This document shows, piece after piece, positions 29,201 through 41,699 of a stretch of 64,000 nt of DNA (position 1 is the first letter of the stretch; every line of letters begins with the position of its first letter). A program made the translations under genes and the position numbers. The stretch is taken from NCBI GenBank assembly GCA_036172245.1, contig JAYWIR010000010.1:3472001-3536000 (forward strand), read 5' to 3'. The DNA comes from Raillietiella orientalis. Taxonomy: Eukaryota. A model generated the notes under the pieces. That model was not told the origin of the DNA. It did not search any database and saw only the letters and a list, made by a program, of their open reading frames with translations.

Positions 29201-29882
29201 CATTCTATTTGATACAAATGATTACAATACAAAAGCAATTATCTGAAAACAAGTGAAATGAGAATATCAAAAGCATTATGGTACATAGAATGAATGAATG
29301 AATGAATTGAATGCAACTCCAAGTAAGAATGAAATAATTACTTAACTGAATGGACTAGAGGCAATGCACTCAACATGCTGATTCATGCACAAATAAAAAT
29401 GCTGCATAAAACTGTCATGCCAGTGATTAACATGGTATAGCATGTGGAATTGAGCATGGGTAAAATGTTTTCAGATTTACAAAAAGTATCTTCCAAAAAA
29501 ACATTGTAGGTATCACTACCCAAGCCTAAGAATCTGATTATAAATTCTTTCGTACACAGAATGAAATAATAAATATAGATAGAGTCAACAACTGAAATCC
29601 ATGCTTCAAGAGCTAAACTCATGCTACCATAAATTTTAAAATCCATCCATTCATCACTGCTCCCTCACAAATAAAAGTAAAACCTTTGAAACTTCAACAT
29701 GCATCCCAATAAGCACTAATACCACAAACAATAATTAGAAGCATTACTTCAATGAATGCTTAGTTACTATTGCAATATAAGAGTGAATAAGAATTAGTAG
29801 CTTAAACAATTAATAAATAAATATCTTACAGTAACGTATCCAATCAAAAATGATATATTAAATTACAGACATAAGCACGATG

Positions 29883-32010
29883 TTAAAGATACACAGGGTG
29901 CATGCTAGAAATTCTTGCCTTGTTGACAAGCTGAGGACAATTGTGTTCCACAATGTTCCAGCCTGTAGGAAAATGACATACAGTCTGCTCAGCCAATGCA
30001 AGCAAACTATCTCTACTGTACACTTTGCAGGTACCTAGCAAATGGAAGTTTAGACACACTAAGTATTCAAAAACTTACTTGGAGGAACAACTGCATCTTT
30101 GCTTGCATTATCGCATTCCTTGCTTGCACCTTGAAAAGAAGACTGAAAGCCAAATAGAATCATGCTCTCCCAACACACCTACATACTTTGCAATTTTCTT
30201 CATTGGCAGTTTGACTACTGCAAGAACTATCACTAAAATCATTAATACTAAGCTCTTGCAAAGTTGACAGTGTTGACTGATCTTGATCTTGTGAATTAGA
30301 GAAAAACTCATCCAGTAACAATTTAGCCATCTTTTATAAACACAAATCAAATCATGCTTTCCAACATCCATGCATCTAACCTTGACTAAATTATAACTGC
30401 TTCCTATAATACGCAAGGTATCTTCTCCAACAACAACTGTATATTTGTATTCACCTAAAGACTCTTCATGTTGCAAAGTACCATGAGATACTGACAAAAA
30501 ATTTTCTTCTGAGGTTCCGCTGTTCAAGCTGTTGCTGGAGCCAAACTCAACATGCTTTTCTCGTATGGGAGAAGCATTGCGGAAAATTGTTTCGTGTATC
30601 AGCTGCTTGGCATATGAAATGTTATCTTCTGACTGTCCTGCTATCTGCACCAATCTGTCCTTGACTTCAGGATTGACTAAAGCAAAAGGAAATCGCCTTC
30701 TCAATAGATGCCCCATTGCACAGGTTAGGAGAAGCAGCAGCGTTAGGATTACATGTGTGGTAAGCATTAGCAGAGCCACTCATTATGACATGCCAGATCT
30801 TGCCCACAAATCCCTTTACCTCGCTGAAAAGATATAATTGTATCGCTAAGCTTTTCGATCATGTGCACTCGTCTACCTTTAATGCCCATTACTGAAGACA
30901 CAAAAAGACACGTTAGAACATCTATTTCAGCCTGGCTCACCCAGAATTTAATGCACCAATTACCTTTGCCAGAGTCCGAATTACGGATGAAAATTTCATC
31001 TTTTAAATATCCTTTACCAAACGATTTTGCTGGTTTAGGGAATTTGCTGACTAATTTTCCAGCATCATTTTGAGATAAGACAGAATGATACACCTTAGAT
31101 GACTGTACTCCGATGTTAGATGCAAGTGTTTGTTTTGAGTGAAGCAACTGTGAGGCTGGCATAAGATTTTCCTCACTCTATAATTATATGTCATGACACA
31201 AGAATCAGTGTATTTCTTACTTGAAGAATAGCAAATTTCTGCTGATAATAGTTGATCATATTATCACTGGCTTGCCAATTTTTGGCTCTCATCTCAACCA
31301 GTTCAAGCAACTGGAGCCTGCTGATCATGTCGAGTCGTTCATCCCGGCACCCATTGCGAAACACAATGAATTGTCTATCCAAAGCATCTTTGTATTTGTT
31401 TTCCAAAAATATGCCCTTCAATTTCATGTGAGAACACAGAAAAGAAATCCTAAACTGTAGTCCACCATCAAACTGGCCAGCATTCAGAAGTTGACACACA
31501 ATTTCAGCTTCTTCCAATACTTGCTCCAGAGCAAGTGGAGCTGGAAATTACAAACTAGCATTTTGATTCAATTAAATTTTACAAACTGAATATTGCAAAT
31601 CTAGTTAGGTTTGTCTAATTGATAATTCATTGCATTGGATTTTTCTGAAGCCTGGAACTTGCACATTTATTACTGTTCCTAGAGGACAAATCAATTATCC
31701 CAGACAATCAGATAATGTTGGATGCAGTGAAATGTGAAACAGGAGCGAAATCTTCTCTTGATATGGCACTCTGCTTTCTCAATTATTAAGAAAGGCCATA
31801 CCAAAGATAAGAACTGTGGAAATGTCTCAAAACTTAAGTCAATGGATCTTACGCCAAACAAAAAAAACGCCAAACAAAAAAAAGGAAAAAAACAAATTTA
31901 TATTCCATCACTTTAGTTCTATGAAGAGCTGGGAATTGCTTACAATTACCTCCTATACCATCAGAACTCAAAGACGTTTTGAGTTGCCGGGGTCGTTCGA
32001 ATTTTCTCAT
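29883..32010 (-). CDS. mxt: eIF4E-binding protein Mextli (MIF4G-like, KH and C-terminal 4E-binding motif); exons approx. 32010-31950, 31540-31221, 31177-30964, 30891-30820, 30676-30381, 30331-30187, 30142-30079, 30034-29883
   Basis: MRKFERPRQLK start, KDALDRQFIVFRNGCRDERLDMISRLQLLELVEMRAKNW, KDEIFIRNSDSGKVMGIKGRRVHMIEKLSDTIISFQRVNP..RLVQIAG..ETIFRNASP, GEYKYTVVVG..MAKLLLDEFF and YSRDSLL..FPTGW..PQLVNK all match Drosophila Mextli as I remember it. Splice phases are consistent. Confidence 0.92.
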
Positions 32011-32056
32011 GGCTTTAATCGATTTAATGTCAAGGTTTACAGATCAGTGAGCCTAG

Positions 32057-32168
32057 CTGAATGCAAACAAAACAGGTTCGAATTCCTTAATAATGGAGGA
32101 GGTGGTCTATAGCGGATTACTATCCTACCACCTAATAAATAAGTCATTCTTAATACAGTTAATTTATT
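32057..32168 (-). promoter_or_regulatory. RBM39 poly(A) signal (32163-32168) followed by a 3' splice acceptor (AG at 32057-32058) upstream of the Mextli ATG
   Basis: The minus strand reads TAA, 24 nt, AATAAA, U-rich ttatttatt, then cctgttttgtttgcattcAG, 46 nt, gccATG. Confidence 0.6.
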
Positions 32169-32192
32169 CAGTGGCCAAGACATTCAAATGAT

Positions 32193-35131
32193 TTAGGCAC
32201 GTCGAGACCGTGGGTATAACAACTGTGTGGCCACCATGGCCTCCGGAAACAAATTATGATAATTGAGCACAGGTACATATGCTGCAGTAATAACTTTTCC
32301 TATTTGAGAAATATAAAATAAAAACAGAAATTTACAAATAAGAGGCTTACCAGCAAACCACCGACCGTGCAATGCATTGACTGCTTGTACAGCAGCAGAT
32401 ATAGATGGGCATTTGACATATACATTGCCCTGAGGTGATGCTTTATCTACATACACATGAACACAACCCCCATTGCGATTACATTCTTCAATCACATCAT
32501 CTCTGATTTCATCTGACCATGTAGGATTTGTTTCTCTAAAACGAAAAGTATAGATTCTAAATCATACCACACTTACGAAGATGGATCAAACATGTTTGAG
32601 AGCATAAAACACTGGGTAGCAATCGGAGGAGCCACTTGTTGTTGTGGAATTAGAGGTGCCATTTGTAAGGCAGCTGTGGCTGCTGCAGGGATCTCCATAC
32701 CAGTTCCTTCAGCCAATTTTGCCATTAACTGCAAACGGCCAGTAGCACCAAGATCTATGCCTGTACGGTCAAGCTCATCATTATCCAATAAAGAAGGACC
32801 AAGTGATGTATCGGTACGTTCAGTCACATGACCAACTTTCATTGGTCTACCAGCTAACTCAAATCCATTTAGCTGTTCCAAGGCTTTCTTAGCATCTTCT
32901 GCATTATGAAACTAAAAGACAATGTACCAACATTCATCCAAATGTCTTCTGCTTACTGTTATAAATCCATAACCTTTTGAGCGTCCTGTTTCTGAATCCA
33001 TCATTAACTGGATACTATCAATCTAAAAATCAACAGCTCCATTTAGCAATCAGTGTGCGGATATTGTCAATCAACTACTTTTCCAAAAGGCTCAAATATC
33101 CCACGAAGCATATCTTCTGTGATGTTAAAATGTAGAGAACCAACATACAGCCTCATTGGGCCAGTCATTCCTTGTCTCATGGAGGCTGAGTTGGCTGCAG
33201 CAATACGATTCTTTTCAGCATTAGTTGGCTGAACAACAATGGGAACTCCAAGTAACTTCTGCCCTGATAAACCAAGAGCCTATGCAACACAGCAGTGAAA
33301 TATTCATAAGATTTCCATTTTACCAGAGGAACAGCTTCTAGATTTGCAAATTCAACATAAGCAATGCCTTTTGAACGACCAGTTTTTGTGTCACTGATGA
33401 GCCGGACATCTCGAATCTAAATAAAAAACTTAAAGGAATGTTAATTGAAAACTGTTTCACCTTTCCAACAGCTGAGAAAAACTCTTCCAAGTCACGAGCC
33501 CGAACTCTCTGTGAGAGCTGCATGCAGAACACTGTTCGCTGGTCACGCTCTTCAGGTGTCAATATCTCTAATTCTTCTCTTGGTATACTATTTGCACATT
33601 CCTGTTATGAGCACTTTGCCTTTCAAACCTGATGGGACTGGGAGTACGGCGTTTTCTTCTAGGCGAGGGTGGACTCCGTACTCGCTTAATCTCAGGACTT
33701 ATCCTTTTTCTCTCACGGGACCTGCTACGCCTTTCTCGTCTTCTTTCCCGAGATCGCCTGCGTTCTCTGGATGTAGAACGTCGATCTCTTGAGTGCGATC
33801 GTTTTCTACTGTGTGTAGAATGTCTTCTTCTAGAACAAGACCGCTCTCTTGATCTAGAACGTCTATCCCTTTTTTTATCTTTATCTCTACTTCTTTTGTC
33901 TCGATCCTCATCTCGATCTCGACTCTTACTTCTTCTCTTTTTTTTACTGGAAAGAATTAGTTTACTAATGAGAATTACAAAATGTGAATTATTACTTGGT
34001 CTTGTTTCTTCTCTCATTCACATCTATGCCATTTTCAGTTGACTTTCTGCTTGGACCTTCCTACAAAACAGTACATTGGAACAAACAACAACAAACAAGT
34101 GATGAGGGGGAGAAAGAAGAACAAAATGATTAATGATGATATTACGTTAGTCAATGAGCAATTAATACATCATTAGATCAGCTGCACCCTTATCTAGCCT
34201 GAAAATAACGGTGTGCCCAATCCTCCCTAGGAAAACAAAGGACTACAATGCACAAACGGCTATACTTACTGCCAGGGAAGAGTGGTACAAATGGCATATA
34301 CCCTGGCTCAATTGTGAAAAAATCCAAGAAAGCCATCAGAAGTATCAAAATACATTGTGCGGAATCTACTTTACCTAAGAATGAAAGTTTCTTAGCAAGC
34401 TGATCAGCCATAGCAAGTCAATCTGCTTATAACTTACTAGATGCTGTTTTCAGAATCAAAAGACCGATAAGAGTGTTGCAAGTATTAGAGATATGTGCAT
34501 CTGAGAATAAAACATGTTTCCCATTTTACAACAACGTTTTTAATAATATAAGCCAATAATGACTTTTCTGTAAGACTCCTTGATGCTAAAGATTACCAGC
34601 ATCTTAATGAATCAGTGTAGTAGCTTTTTCAATCAATAAAAAACAAATCAACAAAGTGTAATGGACGACTCTTTCCCCATGCCTACAATGGAAAGTCTCT
34701 TTCATGTAGGTGCTGCAATCATCTTTCCCAAGTCAGCTGCACTACATCAACCCTACGTAATAAAATTTTATAAGATTTGCGAAACTACATGGCATACACA
34801 TCATTCATTTTAATCAATTCGACAAAACAATGCTCATTGTGATTAAATTTCCAAATTCTTGAAGTAAATGTGTATAATTATGTTCATATATTTATACCTC
34901 ATGATAGCAGCAGCACATGGACAGATATGCACAGGAGTTTCACTGAATAAATCTACGATATAAAGTTTTTTTTTTATCATAATATATACCAACATAGTTA
35001 ATTATGAGAAGCTTCAATGATAGATCAATTAAAGCACTAAAGCTTGTGATTATAAAATATTGAATAAAACTTACTCCTTTCTTAAATGGGGCTTCCAACA
35101 ATTCCTCAACATCTAAATCATCTGCCATCAT
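32193..35131 (-). CDS. RBM39: RNA-binding protein 39 (CAPER-alpha/Caper): RS domain, 2 RRM and UHM
   Basis: MADDLDVEELLEAPFKK start, RS-rich exon, TPEERDQRTVFCMQLSQR, RLYVGSLHFNITEDMLRGIFEPFG, EQLNGFELAGRPMKVGHVTER, GRLQLMAKLAEGTG, IATQCFMLSNMFDP, GNVYVKCPSI..LHGRWFAGKVITAAYVP. Introns are mostly 41-56 nt, plus a ~1 kb first coding intron. Confidence 0.97.
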
Positions 35132-36338
35132 TTATTTTTAATTAAAGTATTCTAAAAAAGATGAATTTCAGAGATGAAAATTTCTGTTTCTAAAACAAGC
35201 CATGTGGTAATTTCATTTCCCCAAGTTTTTGTTTTCCCTTGTATGTATGCAACCCTTTTGAAATTATCAAGGATGAATTAGTTAAAAGTTGCAAATTCAT
35301 TTTACTTTCACACATTTCTCATTTATCCATGAAAACATTACCATATGAAAACATTATCACACAATGATGACACAAGAAAATATGGATAAAACACTTTTAA
35401 CACACAAATACTGTAAAGCCATACCAAACTCATGTACATGCAAATCATGTATATTACATAAGTAACACAGACTAAAACTGTTTCAGTAAACCATCTACAT
35501 GTGTATCAGTACAGAACAATGCTAACTGACTATAATGTTGAAACAGTCATTTAAAAATGCCTGTTTTGAGCAAGTCTGGCATGGAATCATTTTTTTTCAA
35601 GTCCCAATTATTACAGCAATCAATCAGCCTTTATCCTTTTATATACCATTAACAGCTAACTACGAATTGAAGTGAAGTTGAAATTGAATTGAAGTTGGTT
35701 TCTGTTTAAGTAACAAAGAAATGTACCATTCAAATCTGAAAGCAATCCAATAACATCTTTGCTGTACAAGTGATGTGTTCCATTTACAAACTCTGGGTCA
35801 ATTTTCTTGACATCTCTACTCTTTGTTATTTAACCTTTATTTGTAATTACCAATTTTTGTGTACCACTTGATAAACAATGCACTGACACATTAAAATTTA
35901 TGACAAGAAAAACTTGCATAAGACTGATGATTCTTTATCATACCAGATTTACTTTCATGAATATTTGCTATTTTAGTTGAAGAGAAAACTAGAAGCCATG
36001 GAACAAATTGTAAAAATGTGTGCTTGTGCATTGAAAAATAAAAAAAAAAGCACCTAATTATGGAAACTTTTCATATTTAATTTAAGTGTTACCTTTATAT
36101 ATGGCCATGACATATATATATGTGATATTAATAAATATCTAAATGTTCCAAAACTATAACCTGTGACACTATATGCTGTAACAACAGACATGATAAATTA
36201 ACTACCACCACATATTGTAATCACATGCACACAAAACTTACACATGTAGTTAGATACAGTATAATCAAAAATATTTAAAAAATATTTTAAATATACATCG
36301 GTGAAATTCAACTTGAATGAAAAATTTCCAGAACTTAC

Positions 36339-36389
36339 AGAACTTGAACAAACTTTTCAACGAAGCCATGCATACACAATATCAGATTA
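36339..36389 (-). other. Candidate non-coding 5'UTR exon of RBM39
   Basis: Acceptor ttttctcttag and donor CT|GTAAGT flank a 51-nt segment upstream of the acceptor (~35152) that precedes the RBM39 ATG. Confidence 0.3.
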
Positions 36390-39300
36390 CTAAGAGAAAA
36401 AATTATGATCTAGAAAGATAACACACATTCAAATGGAAAGATTGGTTCTTTTCCTTCTGTTGCACACTGTACTCAGTTTGTAAACCGATTTTTAGAAAAT
36501 CATGTAAATGAACACTTTATATGGTCAGTTTTACATTAACTTTTTTCATAATATTTCGCAAAAATTGCTTCCTTTCATAAACATGTTCATGCATTAAATT
36601 TTGTTAACCCTATAACCAGTAGTGACAGACATACAGTACTCCTATAGCATCCTGAATGCTGCACTACCTTAATTCACTTTCAATTCTGTTCAGAATTTTA
36701 CTACAGTACATGCCTAATTTCTTGTGATGCGTTTTTCGCATTATAACTTTTTTTTTCAAACATAAAACATTCTGAATGAATAGATAGCTAATTTTTTTGC
36801 TCTTCATTTTGTTTTCATGAGGATTCCATACTCATGAAATTATCATGAACATGCAAAGATTAAATCAATACAATAACCATGCTTCTTATTTTTTTTGTTG
36901 CATTTTTTATACACCAAATACTGCTAACTGCAACACTCGGTTCAAAATCCGAATACTTTTAACTTAAGTCTACATACAATATGGAAGCTTTACTTTCCTG
37001 CTAGATATTTTTTATCCATGATTTTGAATTATCACGATTCTGAAATACTATTATTACATTAATGTTAATTCAAATTTGCTATATGCCAAATCATCGTCAA
37101 CACTTCTGGAGGCAATAAATACATGGCCACTCATCAAACACTAAATAAACTTATCTGCCCTTCCCCCCTCCCTCCTCCAAAAAACAATCGCTAGAATCAT
37201 CAGAGACAAAATAATGTGAATTACGACCTTCGATTTTGTTGCATAAGCTGACATGAAACTCAAGTTCTGAAAACAATGCTTTAAAGTTTATTTTTATGGC
37301 ATAGAATGTCAGCATTTTACTTTCTGATGAAAGATGCTACAATAAACAGCAATAATTATCTGTGCTGAATCAAAACTAGGATTTACGGAGGCACTACATT
37401 TTTTTTATTCAAAATTGTGTGTTAAATTAAGATTTTGAAATTTGTAAATGAATCAAAGCCTGACAACAGAATTTTCGCCAAATCTCATTAATCATTTACT
37501 GGTCAACCGGATTTGAAATATGGACAAAGCCAAAAGCCAAGACACTTTCTAAGTTGATCTAAATTATTTGTATATTCCAAATTTAACCAAACTGCCCAAA
37601 ACAGTTTTTACTAGGTCTCTATGAATATCTAAATTAAGCACATAAAAATTTGCTTAACTGCATACTACTATTTAAATAATTCTGCTTAATAATAATCAAA
37701 TTGAGAATTCAAGCATGCATTCTGACACTTCTACCAATAACTATAAAGGGCAGTTTTGCATGTTGGTACCAATCTTAACAAAATGCTAAAGAAATAAAGA
37801 CCTAACTCTTTTACATATTTGAATATCTGACTTATTCTGACACTTTACAATTTAACTCATTATCTGCACTCCATTCTGCACTTCGTGAGCTTTAATATGT
37901 TATTTATTAACGAGCCAAGATATATTTAAGGGCACTTAGATTCAAACAAATTTTAGTAACAGGGTTGTTTGAAAATAAAAAAATCCAATATAATTTCAAA
38001 AACTTGAGATGCTGAATTGATTTTACTTTGCACATATGAAGTTCTGCACAAATCTGCAATTTACTTTCAAATCAGTCAAAACAATATGTATGCATATTTA
38101 TACCTTGCATCTACATGCTTGTCACTTTTTTACCCACTGTTTCACAAACTAAGAATTACAAAAGTTATATACTTAATCTTCATACTTCAGGTGGATGTTA
38201 CAACTGAAGAAGACATTAGCAAAAAAACTAGAAACAAAAAACTTTTAGATTCCAATGCCTCAATTTTCTAAGGTTAAATTAGAAGTACATTGTTATATAT
38301 ACACTTAATTCGCTGACTTAAGGCTACAATTTAGTGAATAGCTTCGCTTAATGGTTTTAAATAATGAACAGCTAAGTAACGCACTTTCATCACACATATA
38401 ATGATGAACTCATAATGAACAGGATCTGCTTCATTTACACAGCAAGCAATAAAAAAATAGAATTTAACTATATTAAATATCACTTAGATTTATAATGACC
38501 ATGGACTCCATCTCGTAAATTCATCATTCCATTCAAAATCCAAAATGAAGCCATTTCACCTCACACTAACTTTAATTTACGTCACGAACAGATGAGGTAT
38601 ATATGCACATAAGGTACTTAATAACACTTATGCTCTTAAAGGAAATAATGCGTACTTATTTTGTAACTAGGTTAAGTTTAGATTTTGTTTTAGCATAACA
38701 GAAATTCAATACTTAATGTGCAAATTAAGTATCCTAAGAGCCACAACGAATCCGAAATTAATTTCCCAACAAAACATAGTTTTCACACAAGAATACATTT
38801 TTTAATGTCGCCAACATAAACGCAAAGGAAACGCATAAATGCAATATTGCCAACAAATAAGAAATAAAGCTAATCCGTTATTGCGTGAGACATGGATTGT
38901 TCTATATATGTATAGAAAAATGAGCTTGTCTTCAATAAATATTATCCTCTGGTAGCTTTAATCAATATTATCAAACCAAAAAAATGCATTTCTTCTTAAT
39001 ACCGAGAGTTGTGTTACTAAAATATTTAAATATTGATTTAAAAAGCAAGCTTAAAAAAATGATAACAAAGCGCGTGACTCAAAGTAAAAAAAAGTTACCA
39101 ATATGGTATATTCCTCATAATTCCTTCACTGCTAATACCGTTAGTGTGGAAATGCATTCTAAACAACTTTCGTGAATTTTTTTTAGGCAAGGAACATTCG
39201 TGGATATCGAATATCAAAATCGCAAAAAAAGATTGAGACAAAATAATCTATTTCTAACAATAGGATAAGTGATTCATAAATAACAAAATCAATAATTTTG

Positions 39301-41039
39301 GAGTTAGACAGGCGAGTTGACGGAACTGATGAGAAAAATGAACGAAACTGTAAAGGTGAGAAGTTTTGAGTTGTTCTAAGCTGCACAAATCCTTGGTGTA
39401 AACATACTTCGTACACTGGTCCACGAGATAGAATTATGGCATCAAGGCAACAGTGTGAAATAGAAAGGAGATGGGACACTGAATCAGACTTTATACTGAT
39501 AAAAATAATAACATAAAGTATTACACAATTACTAGATCGTAAAATTCAAGGAATGCACTTCATCGTTGTTGTATTCAGTTGAAATATTGTTGCTTAATGG
39601 AGAATTTCTTCGAGTTACATGATACATTAAATCATGCGTTTGAATATTATTGTCACTATTTAATGTAAGAACTTGTTTGGCACGCATTCAAATTATCTTC
39701 AAAATAAATAAGATCTTCAGCGGATTACTTCAACAAAATTTATATGCATTCAATTGATACCTTTACTCCTCCGTCGGGATAAAAATTTTGGATTGTTGCC
39801 TCATATTGTTGCTGGCAAAAATGAACATTAAAAATCAAAACATGGCTGAAAAAAATTAAAAGCAGAATACTTGCCATTTCTGTGCAGATAATAAGCACGA
39901 TTCAAAGATTTGCTTTTTACACCTTAATTTATAAAAAATTTTAAGACAATTCTCAAAACTATCAATTGCAGAGTCTGAATGAATTCTGAATGAACACTTG
40001 AAAAAAATGAATTAAATTTGTAAGATGATATCATCTCATTTGTATGCGGGGAGGTATGAATTTGTATTTTCCATATTTGAATTGTTCGTTGTTTTTTCAT
40101 TGGAATTAGGATGGAAATATTTTGAATACTTGAAGCATAGAGACAGAAATGGCCTTTGATGAGTATTACCTATATAGGGTGAAGTTTTCGACACAACTGT
40201 TTGAAAATGAGAAATAAAAGGAAAAAAATTGGTTTATTTGCAAACATAATATTAAACAACTGTCTTCATGCTGTACATTCTCTAGTTTCTTTGAATTCGA
40301 TAGAAAATGCTTGTAAAGTACTGCAAGCTGAAATTTTCTAGCTTAGATGTTTTGACTTGGCAATCTTATTGATAATAAATTTTGATTAGTATTTGATTCT
40401 CCATCATCCATGGTTTTTATTTGATTTCTTTGGTATTAATATCATTTCACAAATCTTCTAATATATTATATGTATCAATAGCTGTAAATACACGAAGGCT
40501 TACGGACCTCCTATTATGTAGGGATTTTGCATTTGAAAGTTAGCACAGAGCACTAACTTATATAATTTAAAGAGCCACCAATGAGCAAGATGCAGCTTGC
40601 CACAAGAAGTTGGAAATGGAAGAAGTGGTATACAGATTTTGTGTACGATACGCGCATCAGAAATATCTGTTCTAACTCCCCTGTTGTCTCAGGTTTGGTG
40701 CATTCTTCGCCTTGACATTAGCCCAACACGATCCCTGGAACCCAGAAGAGAGGTATTCGACAAGTCTTTGTGATTCCATCTTCCAACAGCGGCAAAAGCA
40801 ATGATCCAAGATGTGCCTGTTGGGATGCTAGAATATCTCGAAGAAAAGTATCTTGTATGCGTAGATTGATGTGCATCTACATAACAGATATGTGAATGTT
40901 AGTATACTTACGTTATTCAGCCTCTTTCTAGGCATTAAGTTCTAGAACATGGAATGGGCCCTATGACATCTGCTGCCCATGCGAAAATGGAAAGGAGACG
41001 TTCAGCACACCCAGAAAGCACAAAGAAGAGAAACACAAT

Positions 41040-41215
41040 GCAACTGGGAAGTGGTGGAAATCAAAGCAAAGTACACTCGTTCATCGTTGGCTCTCTGGGA
41101 ACATGGGACCCTGGTAACGAGAACGTATTGCAGCATATAGGGGTACCAAAAAAGAAGCTGGTGGAACTGAGAAGCCGGATGGTGGCTACGCGTATCCGGT
41201 ACTCAATGCCCATAC
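41040..41215 (+). mobile_element. C-terminal restriction-like endonuclease fragment of an R2/NeSL/Utopia-type non-LTR retrotransposon
   Basis: KVHSFIVGSLGTWDPGNENVLQHIGV..LRSRMVATRIRYS matches the typical F.VG.LG.W...N..L..LG C-terminal motif of RLE-encoding elements. Confidence 0.65.
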
Positions 41216-41539
41216 GCAGCCCACGTCAAAAGGAAAACCGATAACCAGCTGGAAAATCTAGACAATGGTCTCCCACCGAAAGAAATCGAGCAAGTGGAGG
41301 AAGCCCCGTAAAGATGGAGCTAAGACAACAACAACTGCAGGAGGGTGTCCAGAGCCCCCTACTAATAAGCTGTGCAATTGCACACAACAAAACAATAAGG
41401 TTTCAGAAAACAACAGGATGAACATTTACATTAACAAAAATATGAGTGCTGACTACAGTTTTGGCCTTTTAGAACGCATGGGAATCTGCACAGTATGAAA
41501 GCGTATGGCAGCTCATTCACTTCTGCGGGAAAGAAATCA

Positions 41540-41620
41540 CGAAACTGGGCTACCCACCAAAGCAGGTTATTGATTGCTGTGAGGCAGTTTCATGAGGGAC
41601 TCGTGTCGCAAACAATGTGC
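41540..41620 (+). mobile_element. RTE-clade reverse transcriptase fragment
   Basis: KLGYPPK..(frameshift)..RQFHEG resembles the RTE/BovB RT motif K.G.P.KFI..RQFH.GM. Confidence 0.4.
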
Positions 41621-41699
41621 ATCCTCACAGAGAAGACACTATGACTGAGCCTCCAAGCATCAGTCGACTCGCCTACTTCGTATTAAGCTACAAATTTAA

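Noticed and set aside
33632..34042. 136-aa + strand ORF
   Set aside because: Antisense shadow of the RBM39 RS domain.
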